DNA of 63,621 nucleotides, counting the filler, from Barthelona sp. PAP020 (Eukaryota), in NCBI GenBank assembly GCA_040182905.1. It is 6 parts of 6 records of this genome, joined end to end, with 100 filler letters (N's around TTAATTAATTAA, not from the genome) between each part and the next. Parts side by side here need not be neighbours in the genome. Positions count along the whole stretch, not along the records: positions 53,208 to 63,621 come from JARQWU010000402.1; 5 more parts are not named here. One strand, given 5' to 3'. The position numbers and the translations under genes are program-made. Positions 59,969 through 63,621 of this stretch are shown here, in pieces. How positions within the stretch are numbered: position 1 is the first letter of the stretch; every line of letters starts with the position of its first letter. The notes beneath the pieces were generated by a model. It was not told the DNA's origin and ran no database searches. It was given only the letters and a program-made list of their open reading frames with translations.

Positions 59969-60997
59969 CTACAAAACCCAATTATAATTTTCATCTTTTT
60001 GAAAACAGACTTCTTCCAACAATTCAATTGGTTGTTTTTCTTTTAATATTTCCAAATTTTCCCGAAATTTTACAAAAAAGCTTCCTGCAAAGGGAATGGA
60101 GTTTATCCCAATATTTTCATAAAAACCAACTTTTCTTGGTACAATTAACAAAAATTCTTTAGTTAACAAAACGTTATACGATGGAATTTTTTGAACATCC
60201 CCTAATGAATAAATATCAATAAGGGGATTTTGAGGGTCTGCATAAATAACATCCAAAAAGGGTTTATAATAATCTAAAAATGGTAATTGTAATTGGTGAA
60301 GAGTTTCTAAATATAATTCAAAGACTTTATCAAAAGGCAAGGAGGAAATTGCAATACATTTATGTTTAAAGTTAAAAATTGATATATCAAATATTTTATC
60401 TTCCCGAAATGAAGCTCTAGCAATCAAATTTAACGGTAATTCAGGAAGCATATCACCAAAAGGTAAAGGAAGAATTTGCAAATGTCTATGTGGTTGTGAT
60501 GCTCCGGAATTTCTTCCAACATTAATAAAAGTGAAACATTTGTTGCTATTAGTCATGTCAAACATTAATTTAAGTTCATTAAAATCAAGTGGCAAAAATT
60601 GAGGGACAAATTCATGAGTTACCATCAATCCATGACCAAAAATTGCAGGATATTTGTTTAGTATCAAGTAATATTCATCATTTAACGAATACAAAAATAA
60701 ATCATCTTGATTGGAGGCAAAAGGATCAACAACTTTTTCATCTTTTCTTTTTGGTGACTTTTGCTTTGTAAATAAACCTTCAAATGCCACTCTTAATGAT
60801 ATTTCAACATCACTTTCGCAACTCCATTTCAAAGTAGAAATTTCACTTTCAAGTGGTTCAAGATGTGATCCTTTCAATGCTAGGGCTGCTTTTTCTTTCA
60901 AAGCATTAATTACATCATTTTCAAGTTGATTTTTTGTCATAAACCTGAAAAAAAAAAACTGATCAATTTTTTTGTCGTCGGTTGTTGCGGTATCCAT
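59969..60997 (-). CDS. ATP adenylyltransferase / Ap4A phosphorylase (Apa1/Apa2 family)
   Basis: DPF, LILNKYP....H.L.VT.EF..Q..PL, SGASQPHRHLQ (HxHxQ), SYNVLLTKEFLLIVPR and INSI.FAG. Alternative start ATG at 60940. Confidence 0.9.
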   Translation of the reverse strand: MDTATTDDKKIDQFFFFRFMTKNQLENDVINALKEKAALALKGSHLEPLESEISTLKWSCESDVEISLRVAFEGLFTKQKSPKRKDEKVVDPFASNQDDLFLYSLNDEYYLILNKYPAIFGHGLMVTHEFVPQFLPLDFNELKLMFDMTNSNKCFTFINVGRNSGASQPHRHLQILPLPFGDMLPELPLNLIARASFREDKIFDISIFNFKHKCIAISSLPFDKVFELYLETLHQLQLPFLDYYKPFLDVIYADPQNPLIDIYSLGDVQKIPSYNVLLTKEFLLIVPRKVGFYENIGINSIPFAGSFFVKFRENLEILKEKQPIELLEEVCFQKDENYNWVL

Positions 60998-61326
60998 ATT
61001 ATACAAAATGAATTTTTAACATAAATTTCTGGTCACTAGAAAAAAAATTTAAATAAGAATCACAGTTTGATCAAAACTTTAGAATTTCCAGAATGGCAAA
61101 TATTAAAATTAAAAGAATGGCTGAACTAACAGTTTCAAAAGACCTGAAGAATCAAAAATTGTCTGTGAGGGTTTAAATTTACAAAAAGTGAATCACATTT
61201 TTAAATGACAATTGGAATAAAATCAAAGAAATCTCTCAACAACAAAAAAAGAATAACTCAATGTGGAAAAGGCTCCATGCAAATAACTTTTTTTTTTTCG
61301 GTAGAACATCACAATAATGTAGAGAG

Positions 61327-61893
61327 ATGATGAAAATTAATTCAAATTCGCCTTTAAAAAACTATTATTCCATGTCTTCAATAGAAAATCCAAATATCAG
61401 AGTCCATCAAATTTCGAATTTTTCCATAAACACAAAACCTGTACAACCTCCAACAAAATTGAATTTATTCAAATTTAATGAAACTAAAAGAAATTATGTT
61501 TTTCTTTCAAAGAAAGAAGATTTGTGCATAGAAAAATTGAAACAACAATTGACAAATATGAAGAAAAAAAATAATCCACACAAAAGACCTATGTCTCAAA
61601 CCACTTTTATCACAGAAACAAATAAGACATTGTCAAAGAATCAAAAAAAAAATATAAGAAGCTTACGACCTGTGAGTGCCTCCGATGCATCCAATATACC
61701 TCCAATAAGGTTTTCTTTGTCCCCTGTTCCCTCATATTCTCATCGAAAAAAACGAACGATAACAAATCGTGAAGGCAGAATTAAAAATTTAAACAGTGAT
61801 ATTGAAATTCCAAAATCGATTGTTGTTCCGAAAAGATTAATGCCACATATTTTGCCTTCGGCTGATTTATTAAAAGATAGAGACATTTATTGA
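61327..61893 (+). CDS. Hypothetical basic, likely disordered protein
   Basis: 188-aa ATG ORF rich in K/R/S/N/P; no recognised motif. Confidence 0.6.
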   Translation: MMKINSNSPLKNYYSMSSIENPNIRVHQISNFSINTKPVQPPTKLNLFKFNETKRNYVFLSKKEDLCIEKLKQQLTNMKKKNNPHKRPMSQTTFITETNKTLSKNQKKNIRSLRPVSASDASNIPPIRFSLSPVPSYSHRKKRTITNREGRIKNLNSDIEIPKSIVVPKRLMPHILPSADLLKDRDIY

Positions 61894-62153
61894 ACTTTTT
61901 TTAGTCTTTAAGCATTTACCACTGTTTGATAAACAGATAAAATTTTTTTTTTTTTAAAAGAAAAACCAAACAAAAATTTAAGGATTCAATGATTGATCCT
62001 TTTTAAGGTCAATAAACATTATTTATGAAAGAAAAAAAGAAACTAAAAAAGAAAAAGAAGTGATGTGATGTGATTCAATTTGATTTTTGGATTTGAAGAA
62101 TTTGTGTTCTTTGTAAATGTTTCTTGTGAATTTCATTTATTATTTATTGTAGA

Positions 62154-62807
62154 ATGAATAATTTAAATTTATTTTGGTTCTTAGCTCCATTTGTATTTAA
62201 AATCATTTTTTGTGAAAAGAATATTGATGATACTATTATTCCAATTTCACAGAACATTTTAAACAAAGATATTTCTGGCACAAAATTCGTATACGAAGAA
62301 TATTCAACACATTTAAACTTTGCGAGCAAAGTGAACTTTACTGCTAGAAATCATGAAACCCAGTTCAAGTTTTTAGATACTGATCTGAGCAATGGAATTT
62401 TCAGTGAAGTAAAATCACAAGAAGATATTAAACCAATTTCTCCCAAAGTTCAAATGGCTTTTTCCCAAAACTTTCCAGTATCTCTTTTCATATGGTGGGA
62501 GTCAATAAGGCCACATGAATTATATAAAATAGATATTAGTGGTGCTGTGGAACAAATTATACTGAGTTCAAGCACTTTCATTGATGTGACTATTCCATCC
62601 AATATGAAAATGAAAGATATTAACATTAAAATATCACACAAAAATGGACCTTCTGTTGAAACGTGGTTGGAAAAATCATTTTCAGCAGTTGACATAAAAT
62701 TTTCGAAAGATGAATTCAACAGGCAAAACTATTTGAATTTTGATAGAAACAAAATCATTCTTCTAAATTGTTTGTTAGCTGTTATTGTGATCTATTTTTG
62801 TATTTGA
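62154..62807 (+). CDS. Secreted protein with a C-terminal hydrophobic anchor (TM or GPI signal)
   Basis: N-terminal hydrophobic LFWFLAPFVFKIIFC, a beta-rich middle and C-terminal IILLNCLLAVIVIYFCI. Confidence 0.7.
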   Translation: MNNLNLFWFLAPFVFKIIFCEKNIDDTIIPISQNILNKDISGTKFVYEEYSTHLNFASKVNFTARNHETQFKFLDTDLSNGIFSEVKSQEDIKPISPKVQMAFSQNFPVSLFIWWESIRPHELYKIDISGAVEQIILSSSTFIDVTIPSNMKMKDINIKISHKNGPSVETWLEKSFSAVDIKFSKDEFNRQNYLNFDRNKIILLNCLLAVIVIYFCI

Positions 62808-63621
62808 TTCAAACAAAACAATAAATTGAAATATTTAATTGAATGCTTTATTTTTTCAAATTTTCACAAAGAATGGTCAAATAAAAATGATAAAATTTTG
62901 CAAAAAAAGAAACAAAGAAGAAACAAACTCAAAAAAAGAAAATAATTCTGTATTCATTGACTTTTTTGTTTGAGGCTTGACTTTCCAAAAAAAGATTTTC
63001 CTTTTTTTGTGAATTTATAAAGATTTCATGTCAAAGAACCCCATTGAAAGGTTTCGGACAAAAAAAAACATATTTACGCAAAAAGAAAAACAATATAAAA
63101 GTGGCTAAGGTTTCTTCTTGTAATAATACTAATGATATCAAAATTGAAAGTGAAATGACAGCAAAGAATTAAGGGATTCATGATAAGAAGGATATAAGTG
63201 TTCATAGTAGGTTGGGAAGGAATTACAAGATTTCATCAAGGAAACTTGCAAAAGAACAATCAAAATTTTATTAGTAAGAAGGAAAAAGATTAATAAACTT
63301 TTATTTAGACAATAGCCCCATCCACACCTAAAGTATTTCTTTTTCTTTTTTAAGAGTGTTCTGAACCATCCACGCAAAACGACTCAGTTGCAAGTACCCC
63401 CAAACTCTAACCGAAAACAATAAAGATCTTTATAAACATTTATTATTATTGTCGTGTGAATCGGTTGACCAAAACAGCAAAGATACCATGGAGTAATTTC
63501 CCCAACCCCAGTTAGTAAATATAATTGTGAAGCGTAGCGGGCATTTTCACAAGGAGGGAAAAAGAAAAGCGTGAAGAAATGCGCCAGAATTTGAATCAAG
63601 CAAAATTTCTCGTATTTCAAA

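Noticed and set aside
1..63621. tRNA, rRNA, CRISPR arrays or prokaryotic operons/defence systems
   Set aside because: I saw no cloverleaf/T-loop, rRNA or repeat-spacer pattern by eye. The content is eukaryotic nuclear genes with spliceosomal introns.

Overview
This is AT-rich, gene-dense nuclear DNA of a flagellated unicellular eukaryote (CFAP299, IQCA1/DRC11, PPP1R42 and a NEK kinase; PAM18 implies a mitochondrion or related organelle). It uses the standard genetic code and has few, short (35-43 nt) spliceosomal introns. The window is not one locus: about six ~10.5 kb contigs, sorted by decreasing length, are joined by artificial 100-nt N44-TTAATTAATTAA-N44 linkers, and there is one 442-N scaffold gap, so adjacency across linkers is meaningless. 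About 35 coding regions are visible, mostly housekeeping or ciliary. Highlights: (1) a 1365-aa protein combining an MLKL-like N-terminal four-helix bundle, an intact kinase, WD40 and ankyrin repeats and a poly-Cys tail, a candidate single-chain cell-death/immune switch; (2) a 3184-aa RING-kinase-RING-pseudokinase-ankyrin protein with a ~1560-aa polytopic membrane region; (3) a Got1 gene whose homology-required intron is GT...TG rather than GT...AG; (4) a full-length, highly divergent alpha-tubulin broken by a single in-frame TAG; (5) a dispersed repeat at three contig ends, one copy carrying a MITE-like inverted-repeat insertion. All protein family calls come from motif recognition by eye; no searches were run.
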